Source of the DNA: Propionicimonas sp.
GTDB lineage: Bacteria > Actinomycetota > Actinomycetes > Propionibacteriales > Propionibacteriaceae
Assembly (NCBI RefSeq): GCF_049840635.1
Contig: NZ_JASGKL010000004.1
Location: 380,605 to 444,604, forward strand
Reading direction: 5' to 3'
Length of the DNA stretch: 64,000 nt
Of this stretch, positions 48,347 to 58,377 are shown piece after piece. Position 1 is the first letter of the stretch; the number at the start of each line of letters is the position of its first letter. A program made the translations under genes and the position numbers. The notes under the pieces were generated by a model. It ran no database searches. It had not been told where the DNA came from and saw only the letters and a list, made by a program, of their open reading frames with translations.

Positions 48347-49224
48347 TGGGCGCTGTGTTCCTTTCGGGGGTGCCGCTGTGGGCGGTCGCGCTCGCGTTGC
48401 CGGTGGTGCTGCCGGAGGGCTGGGTGCTGGGGTCGGCCGCGCGCTGGCTGCTGCGCGGACGGGCGAAGCTCGGCATCTCGACCTCGATCGTGATCGCCGT
48501 CCTCGGCACGTCCGTCGGCCTCCTGATCGCGGGTTGGATCAACCCGGACGCGCTCCTGTGGAGCCCGTTCACCCTCCTGCTGGCCCTGGGCGTGACCGTC
48601 GTCGCGATGGCCGTGTACGGCGCCGTCGCCGCGCACTTCCAGCGTCCGCAACGCCAGACCGCGGCCGAGATGCTCCGGGCGGGGGAGTCGGAGCGGGTGG
48701 AGTTCAAGTCCACCGCCAGGGTGAACCTGCGGACGGGGGCGAAGGACGAACGCATGGAGCAGGTGATCGCGAAGACGGCCTGCGCCTTCCTGAACGCCGA
48801 CGGCGGCACGCTCCTGGTGGGGGTGGACGACCAGGGGACACCGCTCGGGCTCGGCCCCGACCTGGCCACCATGAAGAGCCCGGACGTCGATCGCTACGAG
48901 CTGTGGCTGCGCGACCTCCTCACCACCTCGCTCGGCCAGACCGCCGCGGCGGGGATCGGGATCGAGTTCCCCGAGGTGCCGGGGGACGGGGAGAACGCGC
49001 CGGTCACGATCTGCCGGGTGACCTGCACCCCTTCGCCCCGTCCGGTGTACCTGCGGCCCACCCGCGGCGCGGCGCCCGAACTCTGGGTCCGATCGGGCAA
49101 CTCCACGCGCCAGTTGGCCGTCGACGCGGCCGCCGAGTACGTCATGCACCGCTGGCCGATGGGGGCGGGGTCGAACCTCGCCGCGCAGCTGCGCGCGGCC
49201 GTCCGGTTCTCCGAGGAGCACTGA
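48346..49224 (+). CDS. Schlafen/AlbA_2 domain protein with N-terminal membrane domain
   Basis: GESERVEFKS, KTACAFLNADGGTLLVGVDDQG, VRSGNST; N-terminal 3 TM segments with a GSAARWLLRG motif; start overlaps the FUSC stop. Confidence 0.85.
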   Translation: MGAVFLSGVPLWAVALALPVVLPEGWVLGSAARWLLRGRAKLGISTSIVIAVLGTSVGLLIAGWINPDALLWSPFTLLLALGVTVVAMAVYGAVAAHFQRPQRQTAAEMLRAGESERVEFKSTARVNLRTGAKDERMEQVIAKTACAFLNADGGTLLVGVDDQGTPLGLGPDLATMKSPDVDRYELWLRDLLTTSLGQTAAAGIGIEFPEVPGDGENAPVTICRVTCTPSPRPVYLRPTRGAAPELWVRSGNSTRQLAVDAAAEYVMHRWPMGAGSNLAAQLRAAVRFSEEH

Positions 49225-49311
49225 ACCGCGGCGGCCGTAACCTTGCCGATCAGGGGTTTCGCCCCCAGCCGCTAGGCTGGCGGCCACATCGTTCCTCACC
49301 GACAGGCCGGC

Positions 49312-50271
49312 ATGACCCCACTGACACCGCTGTTCATCCCGGGGTTCTCGCTGTTCCAGCAGAACATCCCGCTCGCCATCGGCATCGTCGTCGTGGCGTC
49401 GTTCCTGTTCGCCGGAGGATCGACGATCCAGCACCTCGCGGTGAGCAGGAGCGTCGACAAGACCGCGGAGAACCGCTCGATGGGGATCGGCCAGTTCCTC
49501 GAACTGCTGCGGAACCCCCGCTGGCTGCTCGGCCTGGCGACGGTGGTGCTCGGCGCGAGCATCCACATCGTCGGGCTGATGATGGCGCCGGTCACGGTCG
49601 TCCAGCCGGTCGGGATCCTCGCCGTGCCGTGGGCCGTGCTGCTGGCCGCCAAGATCCACGGCATCCGTCCGACCAGGACCACCTGGACCGCGGTGGGCAT
49701 GACCATCGCCGGCATCGTGGTGTTCACCCTGTTCTCCGCCCACAAGGCCGCCCCCGACACCGAACTGCCGCCGGCGCGGATCATCGTGGCCTGCCTGATC
49801 GTGTTCGCGGTCGGCGGGCTGCTCGGGTACCTGGGACGCTTCGGGACGCCCGCGCTGCGCTGCCTGATGTGGGCCTCGGGCGGGGCGTTCTACTACGGGC
49901 TCAGCTCCGCGATCATCAAGACGCTCAGCGAGCTCGTGCGCCTGGGTGACTTCACGTCGCGGCCGCTGTTCTGGACGATGATCCCGTTCCTGCTGACCTG
50001 CTACCTCGTCGGCGGCTGGATGGTGCAGCAGGGCTACGCGAACGGCCCGGCGGAGATCGTGGTCGGCTCGATGACCACCACCGACCCCATCGTCGCGGTG
50101 ACCTTCGGGCTGGCCGTGCTCGGTGAGGGCGTCCGGCTCGGCCCGCTCGACGCCCTCGGCATGGCGATCAGCGGTGCCGTGGCCGTCGCGGGGGTGTTCC
50201 TGCTGTCCAAGTACCACCCGGACGCGCAACGCGCGCAGCCCGTTCCCGACCCCCAGCTCGCGACCGAGTAG
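49312..50271 (+). CDS. DMT/NIPA-like membrane transporter
   Basis: About 9 TM segments, APVTVVQPVG, TTTDPIVA. Confidence 0.75.
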   Translation: MTPLTPLFIPGFSLFQQNIPLAIGIVVVASFLFAGGSTIQHLAVSRSVDKTAENRSMGIGQFLELLRNPRWLLGLATVVLGASIHIVGLMMAPVTVVQPVGILAVPWAVLLAAKIHGIRPTRTTWTAVGMTIAGIVVFTLFSAHKAAPDTELPPARIIVACLIVFAVGGLLGYLGRFGTPALRCLMWASGGAFYYGLSSAIIKTLSELVRLGDFTSRPLFWTMIPFLLTCYLVGGWMVQQGYANGPAEIVVGSMTTTDPIVAVTFGLAVLGEGVRLGPLDALGMAISGAVAVAGVFLLSKYHPDAQRAQPVPDPQLATE

Positions 50272-50277
50272 GCCCGT

Positions 50278-51555
50278 TCAGGCGACGGATGCCTCCGCCC
50301 GGGTGCGGATGGCCTCGGCGTAGACCGCAACGTAGGCGTCCCGCATCGCCGTGGCGGTGAGCGAGCCGACCAGGGCGCCGGACGCCGCCGACATCGCCGC
50401 CAGGCGCGCCGGGTCGGAGGCGAGTTCTGCCATCCCTGCGGCCAGCGATGCGGCGTCCGGCGCGGTGAGCAGCGCGTTGTCCGGCCCGACGCCGACGGTG
50501 AGTCGGTCGTCGCAGTAGAGGATCGGGGTGCCGGTCGCCGCGGCCTCCGCGAGGACGAGCCCCTGGGTGTCGAAGCGGTAGGACGCCAGCACGAAGACGT
50601 CGGCGTCGGCGATCTCCTGCGCGATCAGGTCCGCGTCGTCGAAGTGGCCCAGGAACCGGACGGCGCCGTGCCGCACCCGCGCCGCCGCCTGGCGCAGCCC
50701 CGCCTCCGAGGACCCGGTGCCGACGATGTGCAGCTCGGCGTCGTCGCGTCCGAGCCGGTCGAACGCCTCGACGATCGTATCCACGCGCTTCTCGGGACCG
50801 AGCCGGCCGCAACTGAGGAACCGGATCGGGCCGCCCCGCGGGCGCCGTCGCCGCGCCCGGACGAACGCGTCGGCCACCCCCGAGGCGACCACGTGGCCGC
50901 GTCCGGCCAGCGCACCGCCGGACGCCGCGGTGATCGCGTCGACGAGGAAGGCCGCGGGCGAGGTGAACGCGTCGACGGCCGACGCCAGTCGGGCCAGGCT
51001 GCGCCAGTCACGGGCGGCCAGGCGCGAGTCCGCGGTGAGCTCTGGGTCGTCGAGGAGGAGGTCAGGCACGTCCCGACCGGTTCCGGCGACCCTGCGGAGC
51101 CAGCGTCCGGACCAGTCGAGGTAGGTCAGGGAGTTCAGGCTGGACGCGAGCGGCGTCGTCCGGTGGGTGCCGACGTAGTTGGAGTGGAAGGTGTGCACGT
51201 GGGGCACGCCCTGCAGCCGGGCCACCTCGGAGGCCAGGAACACCGATCCGCGCTCGTTCTGGGAGTGCACGACGTCGAGCCGGTGGTCGGCGGCGATCCT
51301 GCGGGCCAGCGCAGGGGTGCTCTGCAACGAGCACAGGTAGCTCGGTGTGCCGGGGACGCGCCACACCGGCAGGCCCTCCCAGGCGCTGTCCGGCGGCGGT
51401 GTGAGCCGAACCCGCGGAGCGAAGAGGGTGACCCGGTGGCCGGCGGCGCGGAGCTGCTCCAGCTGCAGCTGGACCGAGCGCGCGACGCCTCCGGACTCGG
51501 GATAGAAGTCGTCGGTGAAGATGCCGACCTGCAGTGAGGCTGCCGACGTCGTCAC
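50278..51555 (-). CDS. Glycosyltransferase family 4 (GT-B)
   Basis: FTDDFYPESGGV, HTFH, GRLGPEKRV, DTQGLVLAEA. Confidence 0.88.
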   Translation of the reverse strand: MTTSAASLQVGIFTDDFYPESGGVARSVQLQLEQLRAAGHRVTLFAPRVRLTPPPDSAWEGLPVWRVPGTPSYLCSLQSTPALARRIAADHRLDVVHSQNERGSVFLASEVARLQGVPHVHTFHSNYVGTHRTTPLASSLNSLTYLDWSGRWLRRVAGTGRDVPDLLLDDPELTADSRLAARDWRSLARLASAVDAFTSPAAFLVDAITAASGGALAGRGHVVASGVADAFVRARRRRPRGGPIRFLSCGRLGPEKRVDTIVEAFDRLGRDDAELHIVGTGSSEAGLRQAAARVRHGAVRFLGHFDDADLIAQEIADADVFVLASYRFDTQGLVLAEAAATGTPILYCDDRLTVGVGPDNALLTAPDAASLAAGMAELASDPARLAAMSAASGALVGSLTATAMRDAYVAVYAEAIRTRAEASVA

Positions 51556-51589
51556 CCGGTCACTGTAGCGTCCGGCCGCCGCGGCGGGT

Positions 51590-52273
51590 TCAGCCCGCGA
51601 CCGGCAGGGCGGACACCTGGTTGCCGCCCGCGGTGTACAGCATGATCGTGCTGGCGCCGCGCTGCAGCGGGAAGAAGACCCAGCCGGTCTCCGAGTCGCC
51701 GGTCTCGATCGGGCGTCCCGAGAACTGCGGGCTCTGCGACCCCGGCTCGGACGCGGTGGCCTGGACGTCGTCGTTGCCGAACGCCATGAACGAGTAGGTC
51801 ACCGGGCCCTGGTCGGCGTACACGCGGATCTCGACCTCGAGCCCGGAGTCGGTCCAGCGGTGCTCCACGATCTCCCAGCGACCGGACGCGCTCTCGTCCG
51901 GCGTGACGAACGGCAGGCCGGGGGCGGACGCGGAGGCGGAAGGGCTGGCGCCGGAGTGGGGGCTCGTGGACGGCGACGCCTGCGGCGCACGCAGGGACGT
52001 GCCCGCCCAGATCAGCCCGGCCACCACGATCGCGACCAGCGCGACGAGCAGCGGGAGGCGCGACCTCGGCGGTGCGTACTCCTCGATCGTGACCGGGGGC
52101 AGCGTCGAACCCCCCAGCGGCCTGTCGGCCTGCGGGGGCGGGGGCGTCGTCCCACCGAAGGACGGCCGGCCACCGTCGGAGAGCGGCGCCGGCGTCCAGC
52201 CCGTCGGCGGGGCGGGGCGACCGGTGCGGTCTGGGTCGCCGTTCGAGGTGGTGGGGGGAAGCTGGTCGGTCAT
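51590..52273 (-). CDS. Pro-rich single-TM protein with small extracellular beta domain
   Basis: TM LPLLVALVAIVVAGLIW; C-terminal GDSETGWVFF. Confidence 0.6.
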   Translation of the reverse strand: MTDQLPPTTSNGDPDRTGRPAPPTGWTPAPLSDGGRPSFGGTTPPPPQADRPLGGSTLPPVTIEEYAPPRSRLPLLVALVAIVVAGLIWAGTSLRAPQASPSTSPHSGASPSASASAPGLPFVTPDESASGRWEIVEHRWTDSGLEVEIRVYADQGPVTYSFMAFGNDDVQATASEPGSQSPQFSGRPIETGDSETGWVFFPLQRGASTIMLYTAGGNQVSALPVAG

Positions 52274-52309
52274 CGCGGCCAAGGGTACCCCGCGTCCCTC
52301 CCGCGGGCC

Positions 52310-52348
52310 TGTGGACAACCCGGTCCGTCCCCGGGGGCCCTGTGGACA
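52310..52348. promoter_or_regulatory. Two DnaA-box-like direct repeats
   Basis: TGTGGACAA (52310-52318) and TGTGGACA(G) (52341-52348), about 40 bp upstream of the DUF4192 start. Confidence 0.5.
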
Positions 52349-52388
52349 GGTGAGCGCTGCGTCCGCGCGCTGCCGAGGATGGCAGGGC

Positions 52389-53381
52389 GTGAGCGTCTCC
52401 GAACATCCGGCCCGACTGGCCGTGCACAGTGTTGATGACCTGGTCGGCCTCGTGCCGTACCTGCTGGGCTTCCACCCGGAGGAGTCCCTGGTGGTGCTCG
52501 TGCTCGACCACGGTCGCGTGGCGGTCACCGCGCGCGTCGACCTTCCCGCTGCGGAGCACACCCGGGCGCTGGACGGCATGCTCGCCCGCCTGTTCGGCCG
52601 CTTTCCCGGGGCGGAGGGCTGGTTCCTCGCGTTCACCGATGACGACGACCTCGCCTGGGACGTGCTCGCCGCGTGCGCCGAGGCGGTCGGCCTGGCGCGG
52701 CTCGGACGGATCATCCAGGTCGGCTCGCGGTCGTGGCGGGCCGACCGCCCGGACGGCGCCTCCGGCGTGTGCGGCAGCGCGGTGAGCACCGCAGCGGTGG
52801 AGGCCACCCTGCTGGGGCTCCAGGTGCGAAGGGCTCGCGGCGACCTGGCCGCCGCCATCGCCGGACCACCAGAGGCCGAGGTGGAGGCGCTGCGCGCCGA
52901 GCGCGACGCGCGTGCGCGCGAGGTCGAGGAGCTCGGCGTGAGGGGACGCCGACGGTTGCTGCGGCGACTGCTGCGCGCCCCCGGTCACCTGGGCGTCGCC
53001 GACTGCCTGCGACTGGCCCTGCTGGTGCGTCGTGCCGAGGCACAGCTGGCCGCGTTGCGCGGACTGTGCAGGGCCAACGCCGAGCAGCAGTTGGAGCTGT
53101 GGACCCGCGTCGTGCGGCGCTGTCTGGCGGAGGACCGGCCGACGGTGCTGGGCCTGCTGGCGATGGCCGCCTGGCAGACCGGTGACGGCGCCCTGCAGGT
53201 GGTGTGCCTGGAGGAGATCGACCGGCTCGATCCCGACCTGGCCATGGCCGTGCTGCTGGAGTACATCAACGCCGAGGTGGTGCCGCCGTACGAGTGGGAC
53301 GGGTTGCGGGAGTCGGCCCTGGCCCTGCTGGCCGCAGAACTCAGAGGTGTTGACCCACCAGGGAGCCGACGAGGTAGGTGA
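52389..53381 (+). CDS. DUF4192 family protein
   Basis: LVPYLLGFHPEESLV, TARVDL, LAMAAWQTGDGA. Confidence 0.88.
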   Translation: MSVSEHPARLAVHSVDDLVGLVPYLLGFHPEESLVVLVLDHGRVAVTARVDLPAAEHTRALDGMLARLFGRFPGAEGWFLAFTDDDDLAWDVLAACAEAVGLARLGRIIQVGSRSWRADRPDGASGVCGSAVSTAAVEATLLGLQVRRARGDLAAAIAGPPEAEVEALRAERDARAREVEELGVRGRRRLLRRLLRAPGHLGVADCLRLALLVRRAEAQLAALRGLCRANAEQQLELWTRVVRRCLAEDRPTVLGLLAMAAWQTGDGALQVVCLEEIDRLDPDLAMAVLLEYINAEVVPPYEWDGLRESALALLAAELRGVDPPGSRRGR

Positions 53382-54054
53382 GTCCCATGGCCAGACTGCC
53401 GACCACGAGGTTGCGGATCACCGCGGGCACCACGCGCGCGCCGCCCAGCCGCGCGCTGATCAGTCCGGTGGCGAGGAGCGCCACCAGGACGGCGACCACC
53501 GTCAGTGGGAGCCGCACCGCCACCGGCGAGGCCACGAGCGCCACCAGGGGGATCGCCGACCCTGTGATGAAGGAGACCAGCGAGGCGCGGGCCGCAGCCC
53601 ACGGTGACACCTGGTCGTCGGCGTCGAGGTTGAGGAACACCTCGGCGTGGGCGTCGAGGGCGTCGTGCCTGCTGAGTTCGGTGGCAACCTCGTCGGCGAG
53701 CGCCGGGGCAAGGCCCCGGGCGGCGTAGTGGTCGGCCAGCTGCCGCAGCTTTCCGGCCGGGTCGCTCGACAGCTCGCGTTCCTGCTCGCGCAGGGCCGCG
53801 ACCTCACTGTCCCGCTGGCTGCTCACCGACACGTACTCGCCGCCGGCCATGGACAGGGCCCCGGCCACCATGCCGGCGAGTCCCGCGACCAGCACGGCGC
53901 CGCTGTCGGTGGTCGCGCCCGCGACGCCGAAGACGAGGCCCGCGGTCGAGACGATGCCGTCGTTCGCGCCGAGGACGCCCGCGCGCAGCCGGTTCAGCCG
54001 CTGCGGCAAGGACTGCTGCGCGGCGGCGGAAGAGGTCCGGGTGGTGAGCGTCAT
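53341..54054 (-). CDS. VIT1/CCC1 family metal transporter
   Basis: LRAGVLGANDGIVS, SMAGGEYVSVSSQRD, SPWAAA. Confidence 0.92.
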   Translation of the reverse strand: MTLTTRTSSAAAQQSLPQRLNRLRAGVLGANDGIVSTAGLVFGVAGATTDSGAVLVAGLAGMVAGALSMAGGEYVSVSSQRDSEVAALREQERELSSDPAGKLRQLADHYAARGLAPALADEVATELSRHDALDAHAEVFLNLDADDQVSPWAAARASLVSFITGSAIPLVALVASPVAVRLPLTVVAVLVALLATGLISARLGGARVVPAVIRNLVVGSLAMGLTYLVGSLVGQHL

Positions 54055-54230
54055 AAAACCATCGTTCTCTGGCATCACCCCTAGTCGCAAGCTAGGAAAG
54101 GCTTGCCTAAGCGGCCCGGCCGAGGCGTGCGGAACCCGTCAGATACTGAATTGTGAGTAGCGGAGGGCTGCTCCCGGCCGGGTGCGGGGGCCCGTCCGCG
54201 TCGCCCGCGCCGATCCGATAGCATGGAGCC

Positions 54231-54260
54231 GTGCACAACGCATCACTGCTGCTTCGATAG
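54231..54260 (+). CDS. Putative leuS leader peptide MHNASLLLR
   Basis: GTG start; three consecutive Leu codons CTG CTG CTT just before the TAG stop; directly upstream of attenuator hairpins. Confidence 0.65.
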   Translation: MHNASLLLR

Positions 54261-54323
54261 CCGCGATCACGTCGAGTGGTCGCGGCGGCCCCTGGCGAGC
54301 CTCAAGGCCCGCAGGGGCTTTTT
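54260..54323 (+). terminator. Attenuator hairpins upstream of leuS
   Basis: Hairpin GCCGCGATCAC/GTGGTCGCGGC (54260-54286); terminator GCCCCTG...CAGGGGC plus TTTTT (54288-54323). Confidence 0.75.
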
Positions 54324-54370
54324 CATGTCGTAGCGGGGATGGGCGCGAGAGGACGAAGGAGACACCGGAA

Positions 54371-56843
54371 GTGACCGCCGAAGCAGAACGCAAGGGGTAC
54401 GACGCCGCCGCGGCGCAGGAGAAGTGGCAGCGATTCTGGGAGGAGGACGCCACCTTCACCCCGCTCGACGACGGCACGAGGGAGCGCCGCTACGTCCTCG
54501 ACATGTTCCCCTACCCGTCCGGCGACCTGCACATGGGGCATGCGGAGGCGTTCGTGATGGGCGACGTCGTGGCCCGCTACTGGAAGCTGCGCGGGTTCGA
54601 CGTGATGCACCCGATCGGTTGGGACTCCTTCGGACTGCCCGCGGAGAACGCCGCGATCGCCCGCGACGCGCACCCCGCCGACTGGACCTACGCCAACATC
54701 GAGACGCAGGCGCGCTCCTTCAAGCGTTACGGGCTGAGCCTGGACTGGTCCAGGCGCCTGCACACCTCCGACCCCGAGTACTACCGGTGGACGCAGTGGC
54801 TGTTCCTGCGCTTCTACGAGCGCGGGCTCGCCTACCGCAAGGACTCCTACGTCAACTGGTGCCCGAACGACCAGACCGTGCTGGCGAACGAGCAGGTCGT
54901 CCAGGGCCTGTGCGAGCGGTGCGGTGCCGTCGTCACCAAGCGCAAGCTCACCCAGTGGTACTTCAAGATCACCGAGTACGCGCAGCGGCTGCTGGACGAC
55001 ATGGCGCTGATCGAGGGCAAGTGGCCCGACCGCGTCCTCGCCATGCAGCGCAACTGGATCGGCCGCTCCGAGGGCGCGTGGGTCGACTTCTCGATCGAGG
55101 GTCGTGAGGAGCCGGTGCGGGTGTTCACGACCCGTCCCGACACGCTGTACGGAGCCACGTTCTTCGTCGTCGCACCGGAGGCGGCCCTGGCTGCTGAGGT
55201 CGTGACCGACGCGCAGCGTCCGGCGTTCGAGGAGTACCTCGAGGCGACCAAGCGGGTCAGCGAGATCGAGCGGCAGTCCTCCGACCGGCCCAAGTCCGGT
55301 GTGTTCCTCGGCGTGCACGCCGTCAACCCGGTGAACGGCGAACTGCTGCCCGTCTACGCGGCCGACTACGTGCTGGCCGAGTACGGCACCGGCGCGGTGA
55401 TGGCCGTCCCCGCGCACGACCAGCGCGACCTCGACTTCGCGAAGGCGTTCGACCTGCCGGTCCGCGTGGTCGTCGAAACCGGCCAGCCCGACCCCGGCGA
55501 CACCGGGGTGGCGACGCCCGGCGATGGCGCCTATGTGAACTCGCCTGCGCTGGAGGGACTGGCCGACAAGAAGGCCGGGATCGCCGCCATCATCGCCCAA
55601 CTCGCGGCCGAGGGACGGGGCGAGTCCGCCGTCACCTTCCGGCTGCGCGACTGGCTGCTCAGCCGGCAGCGCTTCTGGGGCTGCCCGATCCCGATCGTGC
55701 ACTGCCCGTCCTGCGGCGAGGTGCCGGTGCCGGACGACCAGCTGCCCGTCCGGCTGCCCGACCTGCGCGGCGCGGCGCTGGCCCCGAAGGGCACCAGCCC
55801 GCTGGCGTCCGCGACCGACTGGGTGAACGTCGAGTGCCCGCGCTGCGGCGGCCCCGCCCAGCGCGACACCGACACGATGGACACGTTCGTGGACTCGTCC
55901 TGGTACTACTTCCGGTACTGCTCACCGAACCGGGACGACGTCGCGTTCGATCCTGCGGACGTGGCGAAGTGGATGCCGATCGCGCAGTACGTCGGCGGGG
56001 TCGAGCACGCGATCCTGCACCTGCTGTACAGCCGGTTCTTCACCAAGGTGCTGCAGGACATGGGCATGGTCGACTTCCCCGAGCCGTTCCTCGCGCTGAT
56101 GAACCAGGGCCAGGTGATCAACCAGGGCAAGGCGATGAGCAAGTCGCTCGGCAACGGCGTCGACCTCGGGGCGCAGATCGACACCTTCGGTGTGGACGCG
56201 ATCCGCACCACGGTGGTGTTCGCCGGCCCGCCGGAGGACGACATTCGACTGGGCGGACGTGTCCGCCGGGTCTTCGCTGAAGTTCCTGCAGCGGGCCTAC
56301 CGCCTGGCGCAGGACGTCGCCAGCGAGGTCGGCGCGGATCCGGAGACCGGCGACCTCGGGCTGCGTCGGGCCACCCACAAGTCCGTCGCTGAGATCACCG
56401 AGTCCCTGGAGTCGCGGCGGTTCAACGTCGCGGTCGCCCGGGTGATGGAGCTGGTGAACGCCACCCGCAAGGTGATCGACTCCGGCGCCGGTCCCGCCGA
56501 CGCCGCCGTCCGTGAGGCCGTCGAGGCCGTGGCGATCACGCTCAGCCCCGTCGCCCCCTACGTCGCAGAGGAGATGTGGGAGCTGCTGGGGCACGCGCCG
56601 TCGGTCGCGAGTGCCGACTGGCCGGCTGTCGACCCGAAGCTGCTCGTCGCCGAGTCGGTCACCTGCGTCGTGCAGGTGCAGGGCAAGGTGCGCGCCAAGC
56701 TGGAGGTGGCCCCGACGTCCACGGAGGACGAGCTCACCGAGGCCGCGCTCGCCGACCCCGCCGTCCAGCGCGCCCTCGCCGGACGGGACGTCCGCCAGGT
56801 GATCGTTCGCGCACCGCGCCTGGTCAGCATCGTCCCTGCCTGA
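54371..56843 (+). CDS. leuS: Leucine-tRNA ligase; split by a +1 frameshift at 56244-56245
   Basis: [49 protein letters not shown]; removing one T restores PPEDDIDWAD and the anticodon-binding domain. Confidence 0.95.
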
Positions 56844-56862
56844 GCGCGACCGGAACCCGCGC

Positions 56863-57963
56863 TCAGGGAGCGATCGAGAGGTCGACCAGGAGGCCCAGGT
56901 GGTCGGTGCCGGCCACCCGGACCGTCCGGAAGCCGGTCGGGGTGACCTGCTCGGAGGCCAGGACGTGGTCGATCTGGAGCAGCGGCGGGTACCACTCGTC
57001 GGCCGGGTAGGTGGGGTTCCAGCCCCCGGTCATGCTGCGCAGGCCCGCCTTCGCGGTGAGTTCGCGGAGGGTGAGGTGCTCGGCTGTCGCGTTCAGGTCA
57101 CCGGCCACGACGAGGGGCCCGCCCTGGTGGCGCAGGGCGAGCGCGGTGACGGCGTCGGCATCGCCGAGCCAGCTCTCCAGGCCGTGCGTCGGGTTCGCGG
57201 GGTGTGCGGCGAGCAGCGTGAACGGGGCGTCCGGGAGAGCCACCCGGATCGAGAAGTCGGTGAACCGGGTGCCGGTCGCATCGTCGCGGTGGCTGAGGGG
57301 GTACCGCGACAGCACCATCGTGCCGCGGGCGTCCCCCGTCCCCGTCGACGCCTGGTAGTCGGTGCCCGCCGTGCCGGCCTGATAGGGCAGCAGCCGCGTC
57401 CAGGCCGTCCGTGAGAGCGTCTTGGCGTCCGACCTGGTGACCTCGGTGAGGACGACCACGTCCGGCGTGGAGCGCTCGACGTCCTCCCGGAGCTCGTCGA
57501 GGTCGGCCAGCCCGAAACGCAGGTTGAGCGCGAGCACGGAGACGGGGGTGGACCCTGCGACCGGTGGCGTCTCCGCGGAGGGCAGGTAGGCCGCCAGCAC
57601 CCCCGTGTGCAGCGCGAGCCCGAGCGCGAGCGGGGCTGCGACGAGTCGGGTGCGCCCCCGCGCGGCGACCAGGGCGAGGACGAGGGACAGCAACCAGGCG
57701 GCAGCGCCGTACGGGGCGAACGACGCCGCCATGGCCAGCACCATGTGCAGCGCCTGCAGTTGCGGGGCGACCACGAGGATGAGGAGCGCCAGCCCCACGA
57801 AGCCGAAGCCCATGACGCAGCCCAGCAGCCAGCGAATGCTGCGTGGTGGGGTGGCCGACCCGCGGGGGCCGGGACGTGCCGTGCCCGACGTGTGGGCAGG
57901 GGCGCGGCCTGCGACGGGGCGCGACCGGCTCGACCGCTGGTTGCGGCGGGTCGTCGGCATCAC
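56863..57963 (-). CDS. Endonuclease/exonuclease/phosphatase family protein with N-terminal TMs
   Basis: ALNL, VVLTEV, AGDLNAT, QIDHVL, TDHLGL. Confidence 0.88.
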   Translation of the reverse strand: MMPTTRRNQRSSRSRPVAGRAPAHTSGTARPGPRGSATPPRSIRWLLGCVMGFGFVGLALLILVVAPQLQALHMVLAMAASFAPYGAAAWLLSLVLALVAARGRTRLVAAPLALGLALHTGVLAAYLPSAETPPVAGSTPVSVLALNLRFGLADLDELREDVERSTPDVVVLTEVTRSDAKTLSRTAWTRLLPYQAGTAGTDYQASTGTGDARGTMVLSRYPLSHRDDATGTRFTDFSIRVALPDAPFTLLAAHPANPTHGLESWLGDADAVTALALRHQGGPLVVAGDLNATAEHLTLRELTAKAGLRSMTGGWNPTYPADEWYPPLLQIDHVLASEQVTPTGFRTVRVAGTDHLGLLVDLSIAP

Positions 57964-58011
57964 GCACTCCAGCCTTCCCGGCCCCGGCGGGCCGCTGTCA
58001 CCGAGCCGGGC

Positions 58012-58311
58012 TCAACGCCGGGTGAACTCCAGTCGATAGACCTCAGGACCGCGCTCGAGGTAGGCCAGGTCGAGCCCGTCGGGAGCGACCCGGTTCAGCT
58101 GGGTGAGCAGCGGCAGCGGGTCGTGGTCGACGACCAGGACGACCTTCTGCCCGGCCTTCATGCTGGTCAGGCCGCCGATGATCGCGCCGTGCCGAACGAC
58201 CTTGGGCAGCGCGCTCGCGAGGAGTTCGGGGGTCGTCTCGGAGGAGCCGCACCCGCAACCGCACCCTCCCGTGCTGGCCGGGGGCTTGGCGAGGTTCAGC
58301 GGGGTGGCCAC
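58012..58311 (-). CDS. DUF2249 domain protein with N-terminal CGCGCG motif
   Basis: LPKVVRHGAI, DHDPLPLL, YLERGPE. Confidence 0.8.
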   Translation of the reverse strand: MATPLNLAKPPASTGGCGCGCGSSETTPELLASALPKVVRHGAIIGGLTSMKAGQKVVLVVDHDPLPLLTQLNRVAPDGLDLAYLERGPEVYRLEFTRR

Positions 58312-58377
58312 GGGTTCCTCCTGCGGGTCGGGATGCCGCTTCAGGCTACCCGCCGCGAACACGGAGGAACGAATCCG

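Noticed and set aside
56190-56843. leuS C-terminal part (and obgE 11826..12257, alkA 5373..5795) as separate genes or true pseudogenes
   Set aside because: Each rejoins its partner on removing one T in an identical ATTC context, and two of the genes are normally essential.
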